Shown: piece after piece, positions 16,803-25,773 of the stretch | Layout: every line of letters begins with the position of its first letter | Numbering within the stretch: position 1 is the stretch's first letter | Sequence record: MZ475895.1 | Strand: one strand, 5' to 3' | DNA: 64,000 nt | Program-made: the position numbers and the translations under genes | The notes under the pieces: model-generated | Database searches by the model: none | Seen by the model: the letters and a program-made list of their open reading frames with translations, nothing else | What the model was told of the DNA's origin: nothing

Positions 16803-17213
16803 ATGAAACATGCACAACCTGGCTCTGTATACACCCTGCGTGAAATGTTGACTGAACTGAGTCTGCGCGACACGCCGAATCTTGGCTTCACTCCTGTTTC
16901 TGTGCGCTATCCAGAAACGAAGGAGATTCGCCAGCAGACGGTTCAGGATTCGCATCTGACCGAAGAAGAAATGCTCGCTCTTCCTGGCTGGGCAGAAACG
17001 AAGTGGCGCTACATTCGTGAAACCCATGAGTGGATCCCTGTGTTCGTCGCTGTTGACAATGCAGAGATTGAAGCGCTGTGTGTTATCGAACCCTACACGG
17101 ACCGCTACTTCCGTAATGAGGGTATCATGCACGTTTACCCACGCGGCGTTGAGCGTGCGCAGCATAAAGCGTATGACCCAGAAACGCACGGCACACTGGT
17201 TAAAGTGGCCTAA
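16803..17213 (+). CDS. hypothetical protein (136 aa)
   Basis: GAGGAG before ATG 16803. Confidence 0.85.
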   Translation: MKHAQPGSVYTLREMLTELSLRDTPNLGFTPVSVRYPETKEIRQQTVQDSHLTEEEMLALPGWAETKWRYIRETHEWIPVFVAVDNAEIEALCVIEPYTDRYFRNEGIMHVYPRGVERAQHKAYDPETHGTLVKVA

Positions 17214-17227
17214 GCACAAACTACCTC

Positions 17228-17250
17228 AAGCGGCTTACGGGCCGCTTTTC
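17228..17250 (+). terminator. Rho-independent terminator with UACG loop
   Basis: AAGCGGCT-TACG-GGCCGCTT-TTC. Confidence 0.75.
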
Positions 17251-17270
17251 TTAAACATCAGGAGTCTATC

Positions 17271-17792
17271 ATGAAAACCACCGACGTAGTTCATATCGCT
17301 CATCACCTCATGACCCATCTCGCATCAGCTCGTCTCATCAGTGCATTGACTTTCATCGGTCAGGACGCTGTGCGTTTCAAAGTTGGTTCGCAGACGTTTG
17401 ACGTTCGTGGTCGTCACCCAAGCTTCATCGTTCATCAAGTTGAAGGTGGCTGCTTATGTGCAGACGCAGACTCTGCCGAGATCGAAGCGCAGTTGAACGG
17501 TGACCCAATATCTAGTATGCGTGATCAACTGCCTCATCCTGAGAACGTGCAATCTGCCATCATCGATCACGTCAACTCCATGCCAGACAAAGACGTGCAG
17601 AACTTTAGCGAGCATCAGGGTGGCCCAGACATGGACACGATGTTTGAGCAGCGTCTGTGGTTGAAGAACTGGTTGATTAGTCGTTCAATCGTACTCGCCG
17701 ACATGCTCGACATTGTTGCGTTTCTTGAAGGCACTGAGCGCCGTAACTCACTGGCTATGGCAATTGAACTCAACAAAGGGAAACGCGCATGA
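17271..17792 (+). CDS. hypothetical protein (173 aa)
   Basis: AGGAG upstream. Confidence 0.85.
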   Translation: MKTTDVVHIAHHLMTHLASARLISALTFIGQDAVRFKVGSQTFDVRGRHPSFIVHQVEGGCLCADADSAEIEAQLNGDPISSMRDQLPHPENVQSAIIDHVNSMPDKDVQNFSEHQGGPDMDTMFEQRLWLKNWLISRSIVLADMLDIVAFLEGTERRNSLAMAIELNKGKRA

Positions 17793-18289
17793 ACTTTGTA
17801 CGCAGACTTAAAGCAATCGACCAGTTGCCGTTAATCACTGGTCAGTATTACAATGCGCAAGCCATGGCAGAACAATCAGCATTCGGCTCGTGTGCGTTTC
17901 ATATAACTGATCGTGTGGAGCTTGACGGCATCTCGATGTATATTCGTTTCCGCGCCAATCAGCAACGTCTGTGGATGCATCCTGTTTTGATACTCGCATC
18001 AATCGACATTGAACATCAGGGCTGCGGTATCTTCACTGAACTTCTCGCAGAAGCCCAACGCGTATGTCGTGAGAACAAGTGGGTGCTGCAAATTGAGAAC
18101 GTGCTTGAGCAACGCTTCCGCCGTTTCCTGTTTGATCGTTCATTCGAAACTATCGGCGTTGATAAAGATTGTGCGCACGGTAGCATGTTCTGGTTCTTTG
18201 ATGAGAAGATCAAAGAGAGCGCAACGCAGTTCCAAGCGATGGAAGAAAACATCCGAGAACGCGCCGCAGCACAGAAGGCAACAACATGA
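17789..18289 (+). CDS. GNAT-family acetyltransferase-like protein
   Basis: ASIDIEHQGCGIFTELLAEAQRVCRE resembles GNAT motif A (Q/R-G-x-G), followed by a strand and NVLEQRFRRFL. Confidence 0.55.
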   Translation: MNFVRRLKAIDQLPLITGQYYNAQAMAEQSAFGSCAFHITDRVELDGISMYIRFRANQQRLWMHPVLILASIDIEHQGCGIFTELLAEAQRVCRENKWVLQIENVLEQRFRRFLFDRSFETIGVDKDCAHGSMFWFFDEKIKESATQFQAMEENIRERAAAQKATT

Positions 18290-18753
18290 ACATTCCATGG
18301 TACATGATGTTTGCCATTGGCTGTGTGCCTCTTTTCTTCTGCTATGTGACTATGCCGTGGTTTCGCGCTGCTGTCAAAAGACGGTTGCTGTTTAAACCTC
18401 GTGACTACGATTCGGTGCAGGAGATCTTAGACACAGGCATACCACCTGAGATCTCTATCGAATGCTTGCAGGCTAGCTATCGCAGCAACATGCCTGCCAA
18501 GTACGCGCAGCACATCGACTTCTATCCGCACAAGGAAGGCATCGTGTGTTGTCGCATGAAGTACGACGAGCAATTCCCAATCGCTCGCATATTTAATGGT
18601 GTACTCGTCGCAAACATCGGACTGCTTGCTCTGCCTAGCAAGAAGATGCCGCGCATCACCATTAACTATTCCACTTATCAAGTCACGGACTTTGATAGTG
18701 ATAATGAGTACCTGCACATTTATCTTCAACATAAGGAAGGCAAGCATGAATAA
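18286..18753 (+). CDS. hypothetical protein with an N-terminal membrane anchor (155 aa)
   Basis: Hydrophobic N-terminus WYMMFAIGCVPLFFCYVTMPW; ATGA coupling. Confidence 0.8.
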   Translation: MNIPWYMMFAIGCVPLFFCYVTMPWFRAAVKRRLLFKPRDYDSVQEILDTGIPPEISIECLQASYRSNMPAKYAQHIDFYPHKEGIVCCRMKYDEQFPIARIFNGVLVANIGLLALPSKKMPRITINYSTYQVTDFDSDNEYLHIYLQHKEGKHE

Positions 18754-19798
18754 CGAATCTGCAATGATCGACGAAGACGTTCTCGAATGGCTCGAAGACC
18801 TGACCCGTCATAAGTTGCTGGACGTGATTGGCTTAATCAACAATCTGATTTTCGTCCATCGTCCTGTTCTCGATCTGCCGACGCTCGGTACAGACGAAGA
18901 TGTAGCTGCACTGTCGCACGCTGACCTGACAACGTTGTTCCGTCTGGTTGCACCTGAATGCTCTGTTGATACAAACACGCTGAGCAATCTACAACTGCTT
19001 GGGCTTATGCTCAATCAGAAAGGCGTTGTTGTGTTCTCGCTGCCAAACAACAACAGCCCTATTCTAACTGCCCGTACGTTCAACGTGCCTAATAAGCCGC
19101 AGCGCTTGAACCCAGCCTCTTCTAAGGGTGAGATTGCTACTGCTGTTAGCGCGTGGCTGTTCGGACTGTTCCCGCTTGAGCTGCGTTCTGATCAAAACGA
19201 CATGCCGCGGGAGAACGGCCTGTACCTTGCCAAAGACGAGCATGAGCAGATTCGTTTCGGGCGTTTGTTCCGTAACGGCGCAGAAGGTGATGGCTGGACT
19301 TTCTGCGAAAGCTATTCTGATGCTACAGCTACTTACTGGCATCACAGCGATTCACCTGTGGACGACGAACTGCCTATGAGTTTGCTGCATAGCTGGCTGC
19401 AAGTCTCCGCAACAACTTCACCAAACGAAGTGCATAACGAAAACGTCAGTGTGCTGGTAACTGACTCGCAGCGCATCTTTGCTTTCCTGCGTAGCCTGAG
19501 TCAACACGTTAAAGCTGAGCTGGTGGCCAACTTTGATGGTGTGCTTAATTCAACACATACCAGTGTTGAATCCATCGGGCGTCTGACGCGTGCTGACTGG
19601 ACAGCCGCTGCCGTAGCAGTAGCAGATGATAAAGACATGAAGGACGGACTTGGCTCATGGGAAGAGCACAGCGCGTGGGATTGTTTCGTGGCTACGCTAC
19701 AAAGTCTACGCTTCAATTTTGATACACGGGAATTCGACCCGATGTATGACTATGGGAAACACGACAATGAGACCGATATTGATCGAGGAGACGAATAA
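18746..19798 (+). CDS. hypothetical protein (350 aa)
   Basis: AAGGAAGG before ATG 18746 (MNNESAMIDE...). Confidence 0.85.
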   Translation: MNNESAMIDEDVLEWLEDLTRHKLLDVIGLINNLIFVHRPVLDLPTLGTDEDVAALSHADLTTLFRLVAPECSVDTNTLSNLQLLGLMLNQKGVVVFSLPNNNSPILTARTFNVPNKPQRLNPASSKGEIATAVSAWLFGLFPLELRSDQNDMPRENGLYLAKDEHEQIRFGRLFRNGAEGDGWTFCESYSDATATYWHHSDSPVDDELPMSLLHSWLQVSATTSPNEVHNENVSVLVTDSQRIFAFLRSLSQHVKAELVANFDGVLNSTHTSVESIGRLTRADWTAAAVAVADDKDMKDGLGSWEEHSAWDCFVATLQSLRFNFDTREFDPMYDYGKHDNETDIDRGDE

Positions 19799-19805
19799 AC
19801 TAAGG

Positions 19806-19985
19806 ATGGCCTACGCACTGACTGCAATATTTCTATCTTGGCTTGAGCTGAGCATTGCAGTTCGGTATCTCGACTATACACAGATTTTTGATGCGCTGAT
19901 CATTCTGGTTAGCGGTGTGAATCTGGTGATTGCTTTTATCTCGTCACTTGATGAGGTAGACCATATCTTTTCGTGGGAAGATTAA
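19806..19985 (+). CDS. small membrane protein (59 aa)
   Basis: AAGGA then ATG 19806; two hydrophobic segments. Confidence 0.65.
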   Translation: MAYALTAIFLSWLELSIAVRYLDYTQIFDALIILVSGVNLVIAFISSLDEVDHIFSWED

Positions 19986-19986
19986 A

Positions 19987-20193
19987 ATGAAAGACATTGT
20001 GCTACACACAGCCCTTTTATTGACCATGATCGTTGTTAGCTTTTTGACTCTCCACTACATTCGCTTCCTGAGTCTGGGCTACTATATGCTGATCACTATG
20101 ACAGCATTCGTACTGGCAGTCTATGCGTGCAAACGTCTCGCATCTGTCGTATCTAAAAATCGTTTTAACAAAGTGAGAATCAATCGTGGCTAA
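19987..20193 (+). CDS. small membrane protein (68 aa)
   Basis: Two hydrophobic segments and a basic tail. Confidence 0.7.
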   Translation: MKDIVLHTALLLTMIVVSFLTLHYIRFLSLGYYMLITMTAFVLAVYACKRLASVVSKNRFNKVRINRG

Positions 20194-20731
20194 ATCTTTC
20201 GGTGTGTACCTGACGTTCATTCTGCGCCATCGCCCGCAAGACATTGGCCTTGCAATGGACACTCAGGGTTGGGTATCAGTTCCTGACTTGCTCGAACGTG
20301 CTCAATATAAGAAGCAGCCAATCACGTTAGAGATGTTGCGTGAAGAAGTTGCTACTGACGGTAAAGGCCGCTTCCAGTTCAACGCTGCCCACTCTCGCAT
20401 TCGTTGTGTGCAGGGACATTCAGTTGAGCATGTGATTCTTAACCTCAAGCCGTACACGAATCACAATGACCCGCTGTATCACGGAACGGCCAGCAAGAAC
20501 GTTGCGTCTATTCTTGCGCAGGGAATTCTTCGCGGTAAACGTAAACACGTCCACATCGCAACCAACACCGCTACTGCTAAGCAAGTTGGTCAGCGTCACG
20601 GTGAACCTGTTGTATTTGAGATCGACACGTATGCCATGATTACTCACGGCTACAAGTTCGAACAAGCCGAGAACGGTGTGATTCTTATCGAGCACGTCCC
20701 ATCCCGATATCTAAGGTTGGTAGAGTTATGA
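20186..20731 (+). CDS. kptA: RNA 2'-phosphotransferase (Tpt1/KptA family, NAD+-dependent)
   Basis: ILRHRP..IGL..D..GWV, KGRF, IRCVQGHS, LYHGT, RKHVHI, VGQRHGEPVVFEID, NGVIL. Confidence 0.93.
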   Translation: MAKSFGVYLTFILRHRPQDIGLAMDTQGWVSVPDLLERAQYKKQPITLEMLREEVATDGKGRFQFNAAHSRIRCVQGHSVEHVILNLKPYTNHNDPLYHGTASKNVASILAQGILRGKRKHVHIATNTATAKQVGQRHGEPVVFEIDTYAMITHGYKFEQAENGVILIEHVPSRYLRLVEL

Positions 20732-21135
20732 CTGAACAACGAATGAGTTATTGCGGTTCACGTTACATCCGTACATCTTCCGGCAGGTGGTATTTGCTTT
20801 TCGAACGAGCGGCCTGCTTGTGCATCAATCGTCATGGTACCCAGTACTGGCGAGCAGGTACGCAAGTGTGGAAAGATGTGTCCATCTCAACTCGCGCCAC
20901 TTTGGAAAACGAGTTTATCAGTCGTACCTGCAAAGATTTCAGGGAGTCGAAGTCTGCGTACAACAGATGGGGCAAGGTGATTCGTACACTCATTCTAGGT
21001 GCAGGTACTAACGAGCATCTCCACGATTTAGCGTCTATTCTTGAGTCACTGAGACAGACGCATATAGGGCGCAAGCAACAGCAACTGCGCACTACATTGG
21101 ATGAAATAGCTATTCAGTCAAGAACCACCCTATGA
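20728..21135 (+). CDS. hypothetical protein (135 aa)
   Basis: ATGA coupling to kptA. Confidence 0.7.
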   Translation: MTEQRMSYCGSRYIRTSSGRWYLLFERAACLCINRHGTQYWRAGTQVWKDVSISTRATLENEFISRTCKDFRESKSAYNRWGKVIRTLILGAGTNEHLHDLASILESLRQTHIGRKQQQLRTTLDEIAIQSRTTL

Positions 21136-21141
21136 TATAAT
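21098..21141 (+). promoter_or_regulatory. Box-plus-extended -10 promoter (copy 4)
   Basis: CACTACAT-TGGATGAAAT, 32 nt, TGa-TATAAT. Confidence 0.7.
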
Positions 21142-21186
21142 AGCAGCGAACGCTAAACAGTCTCGTTTAGCTACTTACATGAGGAT

Positions 21187-21294
21187 ATGTACATGAATAC
21201 CAACTACTGCCCGTTTCGCGCTGTGATGTACCACGCTTCAATCATCCTTCTCGCCATTTGCTCTGGCGTTGTTTTAGCCCATGCACATTTCTGA
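21187..21294 (+). CDS. 35-aa hydrophobic peptide (absent from the ORF track)
   Basis: GAGG then ATG 21187: MYMNTNYCPFRAVMYHASIILLAICSGVVLAHAHF*; first ORF after promoter copy 4. Confidence 0.5.
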   Translation: MYMNTNYCPFRAVMYHASIILLAICSGVVLAHAHF

Positions 21295-21305
21295 GGAGAA
21301 AGATT

Positions 21306-21542
21306 ATGTCAGACCCAAAACCAAAACCAGAAGTAACAAAAGCTGATCTCCAACATCTGCTGCACGTAGCAGGTGCGTATGAAGGCAACGACCGCCATCG
21401 CTGGTACGCAATGTTCGTCGTGCTCAAACTGAAACGTCAGATGGACGGTCAGAGCCTGCCGCGCTCTTGTGCCAACATTACGCATGAGAGCCAAGACTAC
21501 GAGATCGAAGAGGCTTGCTACAAGCTGGGGTATTTATCATGA
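21306..21542 (+). CDS. hypothetical protein (78 aa)
   Basis: GAGGAG before ATG 21306. Confidence 0.8.
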   Translation: MSDPKPKPEVTKADLQHLLHVAGAYEGNDRHRWYAMFVVLKLKRQMDGQSLPRSCANITHESQDYEIEEACYKLGYLS

Positions 21543-21904
21543 AAGAGCGCCGTAACTATTACTGGGATAGCCCGTTCTATTACGGGCTGATACTCTGGCG
21601 TAAGCGTATGCGCAATGTCGTGCTGTTTCTGATTGCTATCTTAATCTATCATGGCACGCACGCACCTGCCGTTGAGAACATGTGGATGTGGACAGGCACT
21701 ATCTTCGGCATTCTCTTTCTCGTCTGCTATATCAAGATGTGGGAATACGAGCGCATGATTCTCGAAGCTATGGGGCCGCTGAATAATAACTGCGTTATCG
21801 GTGCTCTTAACTTTGAGAGTCTTGAGCGCCGCCATGCTGTTTGGTATCGGAAGAAATTTAAATCCGAACCACCTAAGACTAACACGTATTCGAGGGAAAA
21901 CTAA
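21539..21904 (+). CDS. membrane protein (121 aa)
   Basis: Two or three hydrophobic segments; ATGA coupling. Confidence 0.75.
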   Translation: MKERRNYYWDSPFYYGLILWRKRMRNVVLFLIAILIYHGTHAPAVENMWMWTGTIFGILFLVCYIKMWEYERMILEAMGPLNNNCVIGALNFESLERRHAVWYRKKFKSEPPKTNTYSREN

Positions 21905-22266
21905 TGCCACGTATGTTCACACAAACTCATCGCAACAAATATAAACTGACCGAAGCTGATGCAGACTATCACGGTGATGCCTGCGAAGCTGTCTACCTTG
22001 AAGGTATGGAGTTACTCAAAGAGCTTCACTATCTGAAAGGGCTTCTGCATGATCGTCACATTGCAGAAAAGCCGATGCCCATTCCTCCTGAGTCTAAGCG
22101 TTGGTCAAAGTGGATGGCTTGCACGAAAATGTCACAGCTTGATGTGCGCTCCACTGACCGTCTGCGCAAGCGCTATCGTCGTGTCATGGAAGAACTCAAG
22201 ATTGCCCGCGTGTCTTATACGTTGCTGCACACGGCACGACATGCACCGGCGGTCGAGGTTAAGTAA
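21904..22266 (+). CDS. hypothetical protein (120 aa)
   Basis: TAATG coupling on both sides. Confidence 0.8.
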   Translation: MPRMFTQTHRNKYKLTEADADYHGDACEAVYLEGMELLKELHYLKGLLHDRHIAEKPMPIPPESKRWSKWMACTKMSQLDVRSTDRLRKRYRRVMEELKIARVSYTLLHTARHAPAVEVK

Positions 22267-22547
22267 TGCAGTTTACTTCAAAAGAAGAAATAGACGAAAC
22301 GTATGCAATGGTTGTTCATGCCATGCTGGCCGCCCTTGTGCCTGACGATACTCGCACAAAAGACCAACGCGTTCTCGACTACGTGGCGAAGCACTTAGCG
22401 CCCAATAACATTTTTGACAGGGATCTGTTTAGCATTACATTTGAACATCGGTTCAAGTTTCAAACAACACACAGGATGATGCGCAATGCTAAAGTGAGCG
22501 GCGCACCTTTTCTATATCTAAAGCAGGCTCATAGCCTAAAGAATTGA
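22266..22547 (+). CDS. hypothetical protein (93 aa)
   Basis: TAATG coupling. Confidence 0.75.
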   Translation: MQFTSKEEIDETYAMVVHAMLAALVPDDTRTKDQRVLDYVAKHLAPNNIFDRDLFSITFEHRFKFQTTHRMMRNAKVSGAPFLYLKQAHSLKN

Positions 22548-22557
22548 GGTTAGTATC

Positions 22558-22821
22558 ATGGCAGTAGGTTTCGCCAAAGATGATGACGTGTCCAACACCG
22601 TCGAAACAAACGTGCTGAATGAAATCGACCGCGCTCGTTCTGAGTTGCGTGGCGCTGGTAGTTCGCATTGTATCAACCCTGACTGTGGTGCAGAGATTCC
22701 ACTCATGCGCCGCGTAGCAATGCCGAACGCTCGCTACTGCGTTAGCTGTCAAGCACACCACGACGGTACGCCGACTGCTGGCTACAATCGTCGTGGTTCC
22801 AAAGATTCTCAACTGAGGTAG
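22558..22821 (+). CDS. ybiI: DksA/TraR C4-type zinc finger protein (YbiI-like)
   Basis: C-x4-C-x17-C-x2-C finger (CINPDCGAEIPLMRRVAMPNARYCVSC) and C-terminus GYNRRGSKDSQLR as in E. coli YbiI. Confidence 0.88.
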   Translation: MAVGFAKDDDVSNTVETNVLNEIDRARSELRGAGSSHCINPDCGAEIPLMRRVAMPNARYCVSCQAHHDGTPTAGYNRRGSKDSQLR

Positions 22822-22826
22822 AAACT

Positions 22827-23135
22827 ATGTTAAGCAAACTTTGGGCTGCCTTAGGGATAACTTATCCGTCAGTCGATAGCGCCCTACTCAAGAATGCAAA
22901 GTGTGTGCGTATAGGTCAGGACGGCTACTGCATTCGCTCTGCTTCTGGTTTTGCAGAAGCACTTACCCATCATATGGCCCGAGACTATGTTACTTTGGCC
23001 TCTGACACTGAGGCTAGAAAGAAGATTGTTGACCGAGCACAGTCTTTGACATACCCATGCGTTGTTTGGTTCACTGGTCATGATTTTAATTCTATGTCTG
23101 TGGGTGATCCAAACATGGCCTACCCGGTACAATAG
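22827..23135 (+). CDS. hypothetical protein (102 aa)
   Basis: GAGG upstream. Confidence 0.75.
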   Translation: MLSKLWAALGITYPSVDSALLKNAKCVRIGQDGYCIRSASGFAEALTHHMARDYVTLASDTEARKKIVDRAQSLTYPCVVWFTGHDFNSMSVGDPNMAYPVQ

Positions 23136-23154
23136 AAAACACGTGGAGAATAAA

Positions 23155-23295
23155 ATGTCCGAACCAGACAGAGAGAGTGAAGTACCTTGTGCGCGATGCA
23201 CTAAGCCCACACCTGTTGTTGATTTGGGTGGGCCTTACGGTGATCTGTGTGATGACTGTGTAACGCTGATGCGTGAAGAACAGGAGGAAGAATGA
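23155..23295 (+). CDS. small C4 zinc-finger-like protein (46 aa)
   Basis: GGAG before ATG 23155; CARC...CDDC. Confidence 0.65.
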   Translation: MSEPDRESEVPCARCTKPTPVVDLGGPYGDLCDDCVTLMREEQEEE

Positions 23296-23474
23296 AACTG
23301 TCCGAATCTGAGTTAGAGTCTTTGCGTTTTCGTATGCGTCTGCGTGAGCAACCCAAGCCGATGCCTGACACGCACAAAATGCCAGACAAGAAGTTTGACA
23401 GTCATAAGCTGGACAAGTCCACTGATATGACGCTCGGCGATGTTCGCCACCACTTCCCTCCAAAAGGAAATTGA
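23292..23474 (+). CDS. hypothetical protein (60 aa)
   Basis: GGAGG upstream; ATGA coupling. Confidence 0.7.
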   Translation: MKLSESELESLRFRMRLREQPKPMPDTHKMPDKKFDSHKLDKSTDMTLGDVRHHFPPKGN

Positions 23475-23475
23475 A

Positions 23476-23808
23476 ATGGAAGAGATTCTTGATGTTGACA
23501 GCAAGATGTATGCTGTCTATGACGGTCACGTTGTTACCAACTATCATCATGAAGGTAGCGGCGTGATGTACATCGAAGACAGCTTCTGGCTCAGCTTGAA
23601 TCTGCGCGATGATCTTTTCCCTGCGCCTGCAACTCGTTTGGCGCATTACAAAAACATACACACTCGTTCTATTGATCGCGTCCGTGTTAGCACCCTTCAG
23701 GATATACGCGAATCCTTGTATAAGGTTCGTCACTATATTCGTTGGTTCGAGTATATCTCCGAAGATAAGCTGCAAGGTTTGCAGCACCTGTTCCGCGAAC
23801 CTGATTAA
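23476..23808 (+). CDS. hypothetical protein (110 aa)
   Basis: AAGGA before ATG 23476. Confidence 0.75.
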   Translation: MEEILDVDSKMYAVYDGHVVTNYHHEGSGVMYIEDSFWLSLNLRDDLFPAPATRLAHYKNIHTRSIDRVRVSTLQDIRESLYKVRHYIRWFEYISEDKLQGLQHLFREPD

Positions 23809-23905
23809 AGGTAACGCTCATGTGTTTGCTAGTCAATTTCCTCAAGGACGAGGGTACGATGCGTATCTGTAAACGTATACAACAACCCAACTAAAGGTAG
23901 CGATC

Positions 23906-24271
23906 ATGATTTCTCGAATCAGTAATCTCCTCTTTGCCGAATCAATGTCCGTTGAGCAGTTAGCGCAGGCATTGCGTATTGAAAACTTCAACGCGACTGT
24001 TCGTGGTGAGTTCAAGTTGGTTGCTGGCACTAACTCCAGTGGCTATATTACTTCTGCACTGTCAGGCCCTGTCGAAGTGCTGCGCGACCTGAAAGGCGTT
24101 CAGACTTTGAAAGATGCAGGATTCTCTGACCCTGACATTGCACTCGCTCTCGGCATCGACCGTTTGCGTCTCAAGAAAGTTTATAACGAGGCACGCAAGA
24201 GCAACAAGAAGCCTGTTGAGCCGGCTCCAGTGCAGCGTACCTCTAAAGCAATTTCACTCGACGATCTGTAA
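23906..24271 (+). CDS. hypothetical protein, possible HTH (121 aa)
   Basis: AAGG upstream; GFSDPDIALALGIDRLRLKKV is HTH-like. Confidence 0.75.
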   Translation: MISRISNLLFAESMSVEQLAQALRIENFNATVRGEFKLVAGTNSSGYITSALSGPVEVLRDLKGVQTLKDAGFSDPDIALALGIDRLRLKKVYNEARKSNKKPVEPAPVQRTSKAISLDDL

Positions 24272-24281
24272 GGAAACAATC

Positions 24282-24986
24282 ATGACAAGTAAATTTGAAA
24301 AGTCGGATGCATCTACTCGCCGCGCCGAACTGCTGGTACTGATGTGTGAGATCTACACGTCATTGCGTGACCAGTCGTTGTCTGAGTCAGAGACAAAAGC
24401 CTTTGCGTTGTTCAAAGACATTATGGATTTGGCTGACGTGCGCACAGTCGATGCCGTGTTTTCTGAAATCGAACACGAACTGGATCCTAAAGTTGAAGGT
24501 CTGCTGAATTATGTCCACAGAACGTTTATGCTGCATGACACTCTGTGCAAAGCTGAGGCAGAAGCCGCAGCAAAACTCAAAGCTGAGGAGGCGCGTGAGC
24601 ATGTACGCAAACACACGTACAAGCCTCCTGTGGAAAAGCTCATTAGTAAAGAGCAGATAACCGAACTGTGTGCAGGCCTGACTGCATACGTTGAACGCGA
24701 AGATGTTCGACCTAAAGTCAACGTCGATCTTATCGATGATATCCTCGAATCGTTGGACAAGAACTACACGTTCATCGACACGCTCGACCTGTCCAATCAC
24801 CTTGAAGGTGAAGATCTGAAAACTGCCGTCAAGCTGATTGAAGACGCAGTGACCGAGAGCCACCAACCACTGAAAGAAGTCATGGACACTATCTGGTGCC
24901 ACATGGCTAAACGCGATTTGCCTGCCGTTGACTTCTTTGACCAATACGGCAATGCCGAAGATGAGAACTATGCACTTGCACCTTAA
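24282..24986 (+). CDS. hypothetical helical protein (234 aa)
   Basis: AAGGA before ATG 24282 (MTSKFEKS...). Confidence 0.85.
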   Translation: MTSKFEKSDASTRRAELLVLMCEIYTSLRDQSLSESETKAFALFKDIMDLADVRTVDAVFSEIEHELDPKVEGLLNYVHRTFMLHDTLCKAEAEAAAKLKAEEAREHVRKHTYKPPVEKLISKEQITELCAGLTAYVEREDVRPKVNVDLIDDILESLDKNYTFIDTLDLSNHLEGEDLKTAVKLIEDAVTESHQPLKEVMDTIWCHMAKRDLPAVDFFDQYGNAEDENYALAP

Positions 24987-25167
24987 ACGTTATTGGCGGG
25001 CACTCATTGTGTTGCTCGTCGTTTTCATCATTAGTTGTTTGCTGCCCATTCTTGAAGTGCGCAACCCAACACTGACTCTTATCGTGGTCGTGATTGTTGC
25101 CTGCTACTTCATTGCAGTCTGGGCATACAAACCTGTTAAAGCAATTAAGGAAGAGTTGGATGACTAG
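24970..25167 (+). CDS. small membrane protein (about 65 aa)
   Basis: Two transmembrane-length hydrophobic segments; start uncertain (24961 or 24970). Confidence 0.65.
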   Translation: MHLHLKRYWRALIVLLVVFIISCLLPILEVRNPTLTLIVVVIVACYFIAVWAYKPVKAIKEELDD

Positions 25168-25717
25168 TCGTAAGAACGAGGTCAAGTTGACTGACGCTGA
25201 GATAGCCGCAGGCGCACGGCAGATACTTGAGATGCTGGTTAGTATGCGTCTCAGTGCGCATCATCAGGATGTCGGCTATGAAACGCTGTACACCGATTCT
25301 TTGGGTGAGACGCAGGGCGGTTGGTACGTAGCATTCGACAGCATGAGCCGTACTCGACTCAAAGAATCCAAAGCTGTATCGTGGCGCAACGTTGGCATGG
25401 TCTCTGGTGATTCGCTCGAAGATGTTCTCACAACGCTACGAACGCTCCGCCGCGATATGTCCAATCGCGTACATGCGCCCACACCAGAAGAACGTGAGCG
25501 CGTACTCAACTTGCGTGATAGCAACATACGCAACGCACTGACTAAGTTCCACAAGGGTGAGTCGCTGTCTGATGGTGAACTCAACCTGAGCATTAAGCAT
25601 TTTCAGTCGTTAGAGAATGCGCTTCGCGTAGATGAGTTGTTGCAACTTGCAGCACCCTACATTACTCAGAATCTCAACGTGCTCTTAGGATATAAAGAAG
25701 CACGCCGTCGCAAATAA
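25160..25717 (+). CDS. hypothetical protein (185 aa)
   Basis: ATG 25160 after AAGGAAGAG. Confidence 0.8.
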   Translation: MTSRKNEVKLTDAEIAAGARQILEMLVSMRLSAHHQDVGYETLYTDSLGETQGGWYVAFDSMSRTRLKESKAVSWRNVGMVSGDSLEDVLTTLRTLRRDMSNRVHAPTPEERERVLNLRDSNIRNALTKFHKGESLSDGELNLSIKHFQSLENALRVDELLQLAAPYITQNLNVLLGYKEARRRK

Positions 25718-25722
25718 CAATC

Positions 25723-25753
25723 GGGAGATCCCTAACAAGGGGTTTCCCTTTTT
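25723..25753 (+). terminator. Rho-independent terminator
   Basis: GGGAGATCCCT-aaca-AGGGGTTTCCC-TTTTT. Confidence 0.85.
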
Positions 25754-25773
25754 GCATTTCTGGAGCAAATTTT

